A DNA stretch of 52,080 nt from an uncultured bacterium. Lineage in GTDB: Bacteria > Chloroflexota > UBA5177 > JANWHV01. Position 1 is the first letter of the stretch, and each line of letters begins with the position of its first letter. The stretch spans positions 1 to 52,080 of the forward strand of contig CAVSOU010000020.1 in assembly GCA_963729625.1 (NCBI GenBank), read 5' to 3'. Below the pieces are notes generated by a model. It searched no databases. It was not told the DNA's origin and saw only the letters and a program-made list of their open reading frames with translations. A program made the translations under genes and the position numbers. Positions 9,304 through 18,200 of the stretch are shown here, piece by piece.

Positions 9304-9594
9304 TCAGTACTCGTCCGGCCTCAGAATGCACGTGTCCGAGGCCTCACCGTCCACGATGTTGGTGATGATCCACAGCCTGGACCCATCTGCCAGCACGTAG
9401 GCGCTGAGCACGCGGCCACTGCCGACCGCGATGTCCTGCCGATTGGCCTCTGCGTCAGCCTCGCTCACGTCGCCGAAGTCGCCGGCAATGTGGCGCTCGA
9501 TCAGTTGAGCGGCGGTCTTGCCGTTGGCGTTCAGATCGTCGAGCGCACCGGGCGTGGCCACGAGCTGGCCCAGGCCGAAGAGTACGGTGCTCAT
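9304..9594 (-). CDS. conserved plasmid/phage small protein (xxTPGA...ILxPxEY family)
   Basis: LFGLGQLVATPGAL, RHIAGDFG, RVLSAY, LWIIT, TCILRPDEY. Confidence 0.8.
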   Translation of the reverse strand: MSTVLFGLGQLVATPGALDDLNANGKTAAQLIERHIAGDFGDVSEADAEANRQDIAVGSGRVLSAYVLADGSRLWIITNIVDGEASDTCILRPDEY

Positions 9595-9845
9595 GCTGAT
9601 CGCTCCTCTTCCCGCCGGCTGGTTATGCGGCGATAGCCTCTGTGTGTGCGCCGCAGTTGCGTCACCTTGTCGTTGTGCTCATGGCGTGCCCGGAAGCGTG
9701 CCCAGCTCAGCGCCCGCAAGGCGTCGCGCGCCGTGGTGATCACGCGGCAGACCTCGCAGTCGTTTTCGATGGTGCGCAGTGCTGCGTCGAGTTGATCGGC
9801 CAGTGCCTGGGGAAGCCTCTCCCTGCTCGTCGTCGGTGTCATCAT
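9591..9845 (-). CDS. hypothetical protein (84 aa)
   Basis: ATGA overlap with the next gene, GGCAGGAG RBS, CEVC motif. Confidence 0.55.
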   Translation of the reverse strand: MMTPTTSRERLPQALADQLDAALRTIENDCEVCRVITTARDALRALSWARFRARHEHNDKVTQLRRTHRGYRRITSRREEERSA

Positions 9846-9920
9846 CTCCTGCCCCCTCCATGGGCCGGCCAGGGTGCCCGCATTCGGGTGTCCCCAACCG
9901 GCCCTACACTCGTCGCCGTC

Positions 9921-10313
9921 TCAGGCGTCGCAGAACACCTCGTGCATCGGGTCGGCCTTGGCCATGCCGCACACGGGGCACGTCGCCGGCACATGCCTTG
10001 GGTGTCGCGGCCTGCGACTGCGGGCTTCACGGGCTGCACTGCGTACACCCGGTGCTGGCGGGCGAAGATGCCGGCAGCGAGATGTTTGCACGTCCGGTCG
10101 TGCTGGCCTGCGAGGCAATTGCACACGAGGTCCTGGGGGCGGGCACCAAGAACGGTGAGGCGGTACGGCTTGGCCGTCCACACGCCATCGACGACGACGG
10201 CCACGCCCAGCGTGTTGCTGTCGAGGCGATACACCACAACGCGCTCAGCCGTAGCGCGGTCGAAGGCACGGGTAAGGCGTTGCGGCTTGGGGGGAGAGTG
10301 CCGGTGTTGCCAT
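9921..10313 (-). CDS. SWIM zinc-finger protein, first gene of module B, apparently with two frameshifts
   Basis: CNC-x8-CKH motif; ATG at the end of the leader repeat is out of frame by one base near a C6 run; CPVC-containing tail lies in another frame. Confidence 0.65.
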
Positions 10314-10539
10314 GTACGTGAACCTCCGGGTTCGACTTGAGCGGCTCCATCTTCTTGGTCGGGGAGGGAGCCGTTCGGCTTTCGGTAGGGCACCATCTCG
10401 CTCTACCTGGTACTATTGTACTGCTATACCAGTATAATGTCAATGCCTTTTCCGGGTCAAATATGGGCAAATATCGACTAATTTGCAGATACTAGCCTGA
10501 TAGGACGATGGCCTCTATTCCCCCGCCTGTCCTTTCGGC
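10311..10539 (-). repeat. ~230-bp direct repeat, copy 1 (promoter + 5' leader + start codon)
   Basis: near-identical to 13991-14215; first 72 bp identical. Confidence 0.97.
10415..10443 (-). promoter_or_regulatory. near-consensus sigma70 promoter with overlapping operators
   Basis: TTGACA-17 bp-TACAAT; CTGGTA-N14-TACCAG inverted repeat and GTAC-N4-GTAC overlap the -10 box. Confidence 0.85.
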
Positions 10540-11093
10540 TTACCCCCCGCTGTGGTTTGTGTGTCCCCCCGTGTGGGTGCGTAGGTCCGCAATACGCGAT
10601 CCAGGACGTTCGGGTTCGCACCACAGTGATCGGCAATCGTCCGCAGATCATCCGCGAAGGATGGGTGTGCCGGATCCGGCCGCTGGTACAGCCGGAGCAG
10701 GGCGAGATCGTCGGCTCTCATGCCCAGCATCTGGGCCATCTCAGACCCGCTGAGCTGCTCGGCAGTCTGCCAGCGCGCCAGCACATAACCGACAAACGCT
10801 GGATCGTCGGTAGTACGTGCGGCCAGCACGGTCACCCGGCCTTCATCGAGCAGCCCCTTCATGCCGGCCGGCGCCACATATGCCGGCAACAGTGGCCGTG
10901 GGTGCGCGCGCGCGCGCTCCATCAGATACCGGTGCAGCTCGCCCCGCGTCACCACCCAATCCCGGCCTAGCTTTCGTGCGCTAATACGCCCTCTGTAGCA
11001 CTGCGCTTGCAACCCGTCAGCATTCAGGCCCGTAAGCTGGGCAGCTTCAGCCAGTATCAGCAAATCGTCCGCGCGTGGTCGTGTCTCTGCCAC
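10515..11093 (-). CDS. two-domain DNA-binding protein (excisionase-like HTH plus XRE-like C-terminal part)
   Basis: LILAEAAQLTGL...GRISARKLGRDWVVTRGEL; second part LSGSEMAQMLGM..DDLALL. Confidence 0.8.
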   Translation of the reverse strand: MAETRPRADDLLILAEAAQLTGLNADGLQAQCYRGRISARKLGRDWVVTRGELHRYLMERARAHPRPLLPAYVAPAGMKGLLDEGRVTVLAARTTDDPAFVGYVLARWQTAEQLSGSEMAQMLGMRADDLALLRLYQRPDPAHPSFADDLRTIADHCGANPNVLDRVLRTYAPTRGDTQTTAGGKPKGQAGE

Positions 11094-11168
11094 GGCTCTT
11101 CCCTTCCGGCGCAGTGGAGCACCGGCAGATTGGCGCCCACCTCTCCGCCGGTGCCCCCACGCCTGTAT

Positions 11169-11312
11169 CTATCCCTCGTCGTCTTCCTCGGGCTCGTCTT
11201 CCTCACCTGTCGCCTCGTCGAGAGGCGCCAGCAGATACCATGGATCGATCGTACACGTACCGAGCCCGGAAGTCACCTCATCATCGTAGTACTCATCGCC
11301 TGCGTACATCAT
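11169..11312 (-). CDS. 47-aa highly acidic protein (absent from the ORF track)
   Basis: MMYAGDEYYDDEVTSGLGTCTIDPWYLLAPLDEATGEEDEPEEDDEG; GGGGGAGG RBS; paralog at 12199-12351. Confidence 0.75.
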   Translation of the reverse strand: MMYAGDEYYDDEVTSGLGTCTIDPWYLLAPLDEATGEEDEPEEDDEG

Positions 11313-11333
11313 GGTCCCTCCCCCTGGCTGAAC

Positions 11334-11802
11334 TCACCGCGCGGCCGGCGTGATGTAGGCGACATACTCGTGCTTGGTTCCCTGGATGGTCTCGAAGGCG
11401 CCTACCTCCTCGATGTGCAGCAGCCCGTCCAGCGTGTCCTCGTAATGTCGAGCAGCGACGCCTGGCGCGTCCAACCATCGTGCTCGGCAGCGTCGTAGGG
11501 CACGTCGTGCACGGGAAACAGGGTCAGGTGGTGCAGCACGCCGTTGATCTCCAGCGAGGCCAGGTAGCTGCTGCCGGCCTCCTCTTCCACGTTCGGCTCC
11601 AGCTCGCCGACCTTGACCGTGAGCTCGGGCACGTCCAAGGGCTCGGGATGCATCGCCGTCTGCAGCTCCTGCGTGATGGTGTTGAGCACCGCCCAGGCCT
11701 TGTCCGTGTCCGTGTGTACTCGGCGTGCGCGCATGCCCTGTCAAACTCGGCGATCCGGCTGACGATCAGCCTGCCCACGTGGGCGGGTATGCCTCTCTCC
11801 AT
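11334..11802 (-). CDS. acidic hypothetical protein, split by frameshifts
   Basis: three overlapping protein-like segments (MERGIPAH.., ..SLEINGVLHHLTLFPV.., ..EYVAYITPAAR) in different frames; AAGGAAGG RBS. Confidence 0.5.
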
Positions 11803-11839
11803 GGTCCTGCCGTTCCTTCCTCTGCAGTGCTGTTCTCTC

Positions 11840-12144
11840 TTAGCTGCTCACGGCGACGGGCCGCGCCGGCTCACACAGCAGCGGCGTGCCGGGCTCAACC
11901 TGCGCGAACAGGTTGTGCGCCCGCCGATGCCCGCCGGCCACCGCACGCCAGTGCGTGTCCTGGTCGGCCCAAGCCTCCCGCGCGGCGGCGCTGGTGCTGG
12001 CACGCGCCAGCGCTGTGCGCACTCAGCCACCATGTCGGCCCAGGTGGCCAGCGTATACGTGTCGGTGACGCCGGCATGCAGCGAGACATACCGCGCATGC
12101 ACGCGTACGAAGTCCTTCAGTTTGCCCGTGTACGTGCGTGCCAT
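11840..12144 (-). CDS. hypothetical protein, probable frameshift near 12010
   Basis: GAGGTGAGG RBS; MARTYTGKLKDF.. continues as ALARAST.. in another frame. Confidence 0.5.
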
Positions 12145-12198
12145 CGCCCTCACCTCTCGGCCGGATTTGCCGCCGGCCCCGGCCTCATTGCGTGGTGG

Positions 12199-12351
12199 TT
12201 ACCTGGTGGCGTCTGTCAAATCGTCCTCTGCCTCGTCAAGCTCTTCGTCCTCGCCTGCCTCGTCGATGGGCGTCTGGGCGTACCAGGGATCCATCGTGCT
12301 CAGCCCACTGGTGATGTCGTCGTCGTAGTACTCATCGCCTGCGTACATCAT
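12199..12351 (-). CDS. 50-aa highly acidic protein
   Basis: MMYAGDEYYDDDITSGLSTMDPWYAQTPIDEAGEDEELDEAEDDLTDATR; AGGAGG RBS. Confidence 0.75.
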   Translation of the reverse strand: MMYAGDEYYDDDITSGLSTMDPWYAQTPIDEAGEDEELDEAEDDLTDATR

Positions 12352-12404
12352 GATCGCTTCCTCCTGGCCGGTTTCGCCGCCGGCCCCGGCTTCTGGTCGC
12401 GACG

Positions 12405-13263
12405 TCAGGCCGCGAGTCTCTCGCTGTTCGCCTGCTCGGCAGCCACGCCCAGGATCCGATCGACGGCTCGCTGCGCCTTGCCGGCGGCCGACACGATCAG
12501 CGACACGTCGCCCTGCAGCCTGTCGATCCACGAGCTGATATAGGCGGCGCTCTGCTCCATGGTCGAGTGGTCGATCCCGCACTGGCTCGCCAGCATGGCG
12601 GCGCCGATCTCCGCGATCAGCTCCTCCTTGCTGTAGCTCTCGCTGGCAAAGATCGTGCTGTCCGTGCCGTCGAAGCGGTCCAGGCGCGTCTTGTGGCCTG
12701 TGCTGTGCATCAGCTCATGGTTGAGCACGTTGTAGAAGGCTTCCACCTGCGGGAACTGGCCCATGGTGGGTACGACGACCGTGTCCGCCGTCGGCATGTA
12801 GTACGCGCGATCCTGGTGCAAGCTGCAGCACCTTGGGGCCGTCCACGTAGCCGGCAACGATGGCCTCGGCCTCCGCGATCGGCTCGTGCTCGACCGGTGC
12901 CGCCAGCTTGCTGGGGATGCCCTCCACGTCGGCCAGCGCGAAGACGTTGTAGTAGCGCAGCAACGGGATCGCTCCCCGCTCGTCCCGGTCCTCGGTCGCC
13001 TCGCGTGCCGGGAGAAGCCTGTAGAACACCACAAGGTGCGCGTGGCTGCCCCGCTTGATCCGGCCGCCCAGATCCTGCACTTGCCGGAACGTCAGGTACT
13101 CGCCGCCCTGCGGCAACAGCAGCGTGTTGATGCCCCGGTACGGCTTGCGGCTGACATAGTTGATCGCTCCATCCGACACCCACGGGCGGTGCCAGGGCAC
13201 CACGCCAGCCTGCAGCTGGGCAATGATTCTCTCGGTGACGATGCCGGCGACGTTGTTTGCCAT
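12405..13263 (-). CDS. ardC: antirestriction protein ArdC (ssDNA-binding domain + zincin metalloprotease), one frameshift near 12825
   Basis: IIAQLQAGVVPWHRPW, YRGIN, YLTFRQ, YYNVF; C-terminal half HELMHSTGH, YSKEELIAEIGAAML, SAAYISSW. Confidence 0.93.
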
Positions 13264-13318
13264 CTCTCCTGCTCCCCCGCCGGGATGAGCCGCCCGGCCC
13301 GGCCTTCACGCGTGGGTG

Positions 13319-13993
13319 TTAGTTGTCCCGGCCGGCGCACGTCGGGCCGATGCCGCTGGCGATGCTCTCGGGCGTGGTCAGCGTCCGACCGCACACCATG
13401 CACCGCCCGGATGCCTGCGCGTAGGCGAAACCGTAGGCGTGGCGCTGCTCGCCGTCGGCCGCCAAGAGTGCCCGGAGCGCGCGCACGATGCGGGTATCCT
13501 GCGCGAACCGTTTCCACACGCGGGGGCTGCCGTCGGTCGCGATAAACGCGAAGGCGATGTAGTCGGTGGTGTTGACCGGGCCGGCAAGGTACTCGGCCAT
13601 GGCCGCGATGCCGGGCTTGTCGTCCTCGGGGCGGATACGGATCGTCACGTAGTCGTCGGCGCTGTTGGACAGGGTGTAGATGCCGGTCGCCGGCAGCGAC
13701 ACGGGAGCGACCTGGCGGGATGTCTCGACCGTCGTCTGCTGCTCGCGTACCACCTCGGCCTTGAGGCAGTTCAGCACGGCGGCGGCCTGGCGAGGAGAGA
13801 GTCCCCACACCGCGCGCTGGCGCATCTCGCACATGAATGGGAAGCGGCCGGTGTAGCCGCTCGCGTACTCCGTCGCTACTTGGGCGAGTTCCGGCGTCTC
13901 GGCCACGTGGGCGTCGCTGAACTTCTCGGCATCCCCAAGAGCCAGGAGGAAGTCTTGCGGGGTGATCTGATGGTTGGCAAGTACTGGTACCAT
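13319..13993 (-). CDS. DUF6011-domain protein, first gene of module A
   Basis: C-terminal GRCMVCGRTLTTPESIASGIGPTCA; ATG is the last 3 nt of the leader repeat. Confidence 0.85.
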   Translation of the reverse strand: MVPVLANHQITPQDFLLALGDAEKFSDAHVAETPELAQVATEYASGYTGRFPFMCEMRQRAVWGLSPRQAAAVLNCLKAEVVREQQTTVETSRQVAPVSLPATGIYTLSNSADDYVTIRIRPEDDKPGIAAMAEYLAGPVNTTDYIAFAFIATDGSPRVWKRFAQDTRIVRALRALLAADGEQRHAYGFAYAQASGRCMVCGRTLTTPESIASGIGPTCAGRDN

Positions 13994-14215
13994 GTACGTG
14001 AACCTCCGGGTTCGACTTGAGCGGCTCCATCTTCTTGGTCGGGGAGGGAGCCGTTCGGCTTTGGTAGGGCGCCATTCGCTCTACCTGGTACTATTGTACT
14101 GCTATACCAGTACAAAGTCAATACATTTTCCGGGTCAAATATGGGCAAATATCGACTAATTTGCAGATATTAGCCTGCTGGGAGATGGCCTTATTCCCCC
14201 GCCTGTCCTTTCGGC
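13991..14215 (-). repeat. ~230-bp direct repeat, copy 2
   Basis: aligns to 10311-10539; promoter TTGACT-17 bp-TACAAT at 14093-14121. Confidence 0.97.
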
Positions 14216-14657
14216 CTGCCCCCGGTGTGGGATCTGCCTCGCCCGCGCCTGGTCCGCCGGCGCCTCGTGTGTCCGACCATAGGCGTGCCACTGCACGCGT
14301 TCGTCTCGCCACGGCAGAAGACCATACCACGCTGCATCAGAATCGGCCCGCACTTTCCGCGTAGCGCGCCCTGTGGCCGTCAATTGAGTCCGCCGTTTCG
14401 GCGCCTCGTCAAGGAGCTTGCGACGATGACGATGGCGGCCGATACGGCATCCGCTTGCATACGTCTCGCCACGGACCAACGAGCCGCGGCGGCCCGAGCG
14501 TAGCCGGGCCTCGGCGGCGGCGAGTCAGCGGCCATGCTTGAGCATGGGCATCCCTGTTAGGCTGCCGATCGCCACGGCTCCCGCAGCCTTTGCGTGTAGC
14601 GTGAGGGCCAGCTCAAGATGATCCGGGTCGCTAGACGAAACGGACATTAAAGTACGC

Positions 14658-15265
14658 TAAGGGCTCGTTAAGCAATTAGTTCCTGATTTGAGTCTGGCGC
14701 GGCCGGGCACGTGGCAACCCCTGATCGGGACGAGAGTGTGTAGTTCCACTTGGTGTAGATCTCATGCTTGGTCAACTGCAAGGCGTCCATGTCGGCATCG
14801 GGGACGGAGCGGCCAGTCGGGTAGTCGCCCTCCAGGCGCACTGCCTGCACCGCCAGGCCCGTGCTGGTCGTGGTGCCGCGGATGTAGGCGAGCATGGTCT
14901 CGAAGGTACGCAGGGGCTTGCCTGCCCAGTTGAGACTGATCGGACCGAACAGGCGATGCTCCACCGGGTTCCACTTCGAGCAGCCAGTGGGGTAGTGGCA
15001 GACGGTCACCGTGAGCCCCAGCCCGTCGCACAGCTGCTCCTGCAGTTGCTGCTTCCACAGGCGGTTGCGACAATCATTGCTGCCACCGCCATCGGCCAGG
15101 ATCAAGAGTTCCCGGGCGCCGGGGAAGCGGGCCCGGCCGTCGGTCTGCCACCACTGGGCGATGGCCGTGACTGCGAACGCCGCCGTGTCTCCCGAGGAAC
15201 CGACGTAGACCGTGCCCCGGTTGTGCTGCAGGTCGTAGACGCCATAGGCGGCGTCGGGCGGTTGA
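14658..15265 (-). mobile_element. ISAzo13-family transposase, 3' remnant with probable right end
   Basis: YGVYDL..N.G.V.VG.S.DTAAFAV, LLILADGGGSN, HYPTGCSKWNPVEHRLF, WNYT; N-terminal half absent. Confidence 0.88.
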
Positions 15266-15266
15266 C

Positions 15267-18200
15267 TCACACCGACACCTCTGCAGTGCCGACCGTCGAT
15301 CCCAATAGGGTAGTGCCCAGGGGACCGTAGTACACCCAAGGCGCCCACGCTGCGGCGCCGACCACAGATGGCGTGAGTGTCGCGCGACACAAATCCCGAG
15401 TTGCGATTTCCCACGCGGTGAGGAAGGGCAAAAGGCGGTCCTTGTTGCTTTCGTCTCCCTCGGTGGCCTGACGGGAGTCTCTCAGCGCTTGCTTCCACGC
15501 CTCGAGTGCACGCGGGACTGCCGCCCAGCTCATCTGGCTTAGCTCAAGCTGTGTCCGGCGCATGGATTCTGCCACGGGCATATCAAACGCGTCAGCCAGT
15601 TTCCCATACAGGGTGTCCAGCAGGAGTGCCGCCAGTAGGTCGTCGACGAGTGCCGTGGTGGCGATGACGGCAGTCGCGCCCGCCAACAGACAGGCCTGTA
15701 CCAAGCCGTGCAACCCTTGTGCTTCGTCGTTCAAGCGTCCATCTGCCGCCGACCCCTGCCGCGTGGTAGACGTGCCTAGCGCTGCGCCGGCGGTGCGGCA
15801 GCCATGGAGAATGACGACCGTGCCAGGCAAGACGCAGCGCAGGACATCTGTCACGGTCAGCGGGCCATCAGCCAGCATGATGCCAGTACGGTGCGGCTCT
15901 TCGTCGTTCTGGACGCTGTGACCAGCGATCACTAGCAGCCGGACCTGCGCGGCCAGTTCCTGCACCTGATCCAGGCTTGCCTCCCTATCTATACGAACAT
16001 GCGCCACAGCGCCGGGACACACGCCGCGCAATCGTTGGCTCCCAACTAGGGCCGCGACCTCGGTGAGCGGGGCAGGATCTGCCCATAGGTGCCAGGAGGG
16101 CAGTTCAGGCCATGAGTCTCCCACAGTGACCACGTTGCCATACGCCACAAACGCGAGCGCATTGGGGTGCATCGGGCTGGCTAGTGCTTCCGTTACATGG
16201 CTGGTGTCGCTTACGGGCGCTGTCGACGACTGGGTGTTGTAGGAACTTGGAGTAGCGCAGCGCTGCCCCAGCCTGGGCAGGAGGGCGCCCTGCGGTAGAT
16301 GGGCAATCGTCAGATCCGTGCCGCCGACCCCGCTTGCATACGCTGCCGCTGCAACCGGCGCCTCCAGCAGGGATGTATCTAGACTTAGATACATCCTGCG
16401 GATGCCCTGGCGCCGTATTTGCTTCGTCCAGGCTGGGCCGGCCAACGATTCCCAAAGACCGTTCAGGGCTACGGGAATGCCCTCGTCTCGCGCGGGATGC
16501 CGGACAGATCTCGCGTGAGTCGGGCTCTTTCGCCCCTCTGTTACCCAGGGCAGGGACAGACGCGCATCCTCGACCAACCGCGTAGCATGCCTGGCGGCGG
16601 CTAGGAGGTGATCCTTGTTGGGTGGCAGACTAGGTGTGCGCCCTGCCCATCGTGGAAGGCCGCGCCACCACCGGCCGAGCCTTGACACGACCGTCTCCGT
16701 CTTTAGCGTCGTATCGGCAGTACACGCAAAACGGCGTGGCGGCGCCAGCAGTCCCCGCGGCCCCAGCAGAAAGGCCACCAGACCCAGTGGCGTCTCCACT
16801 ACCTCTAGCAGCACTGCCTTGTCCCCGGCCAGGGCCTCGCACACGTCCGCCATTGCGACACCCGCTGGCAACGCCGCGCCCTGCAAAGGGCACGACTGAC
16901 GGCCATCGGCAGCGAGCTGACGAACCGCCCGATCGAGGAAGCTCCCAGCTAGAGAGAGTACGGCAATCTCTCGTGCGCCAACAGCTGCCCAAAGCTGTGC
17001 CTGCGCATCCTCGGTGGCATACAGCGCGCGGAGTGCCTCCTTGCGTTCTACGTCCTCTTCCCCCAGATCCTGTAGTGCTGCCCACTGGGCTACCCACCGA
17101 CCGCGGAGTTGTGCAAGCTGGTCTGTTTCCTCTCGTGTCAGGTAGCGCAGTAGATCAATCTGCTGCACGCCGACGAAAAGGTCAGCAAACGTGGCGCCTT
17201 TGGCTACCTGGCCTAGCACGTAGGCGCGTTCAGCATCCGCTTCGGCGTAGCGCCAACAGGCGCGCAGGGCATAACGTTGGGCCTTAGCGCTCAGGGAAGG
17301 GGGCGCAAGGCCCCACCGATATTGCCATCGGCGCTGCAGCACCGCCGCTTGGCGCCGGTAGAAGAGATAATCCCGCCAATTCAGCACCTCGGGCCGCTCG
17401 CATACGCTAGCCGCTGCGAGCGCGGCCTCCGCAGCACGTTGCTCGTGCTCGAGAATGCTATGGTCCTCGATTGACTGACGATAGTGATAGAGGGCATCTG
17501 GCCATTGTTCCAGTTCGGCGTATGCTGCGCCCATGTCGAAGTGACAGATGGCTAGGCGCTCACTCATCTCATCCTGCTCAAGGATGTCGCACGCTACACT
17601 AAAATGCTCAAGTGCGGCGAGGGGGTCTCCATTCGTGACGAAGATAGTCCCAGCAGCGAGGGCGCAGCGAGCGACGTTCCCCCGATCCCCTGTACTCTCA
17701 GCCTCCTGCCGAAGCTCTGTGATCAGCTGCAGCGCCCGGCCGCGCTGCCCTTGCCGAGCCAACGCCGTGGCCATGAGAACCTTGCAGTCGTAGACGAGCG
17801 AGGGCCGATGTTGCGCTAGGATTGGAAGCGCTTCCACACAGTACCGAAGCGCATGGTCAAACTGCTTCAGCCCGATCATCGCTCTTGCCAAATGATAGGT
17901 GCAACTCACCATGTCGTCCGGTTGCTGCAACCGCTCCAGTTCGTCATGGGCGCGGGCAAGGCGTCGTACCGCCTCCTCAAGGAGGCCCATATCTATAAGG
18001 CACATGCCGGCGATGCGCTCGCAGTCCGCCGCTTGGTACTCGAGCCCGAGCTCCTTCCACAGTTCACGCGCTCGTTTCGCCTCTCGGGATGCCTCTCGAT
18101 ACCGGTTCAAGTACCAGAGGCTACGGGCGAGATTGTCGCGCGTTCTTGCTTCGTTCTCCTTTGGTCCGTGAATCGCAAAAAAGGTGGCTGCCTGCATACA

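Noticed and set aside
14668-15498. 276-aa ORF as a complete transposase or CHAT-transposase overlap
   Set aside because: The first ~80 codons are an off-frame read of the CHAT 3' end; only the C-terminal ISAzo13 part is real
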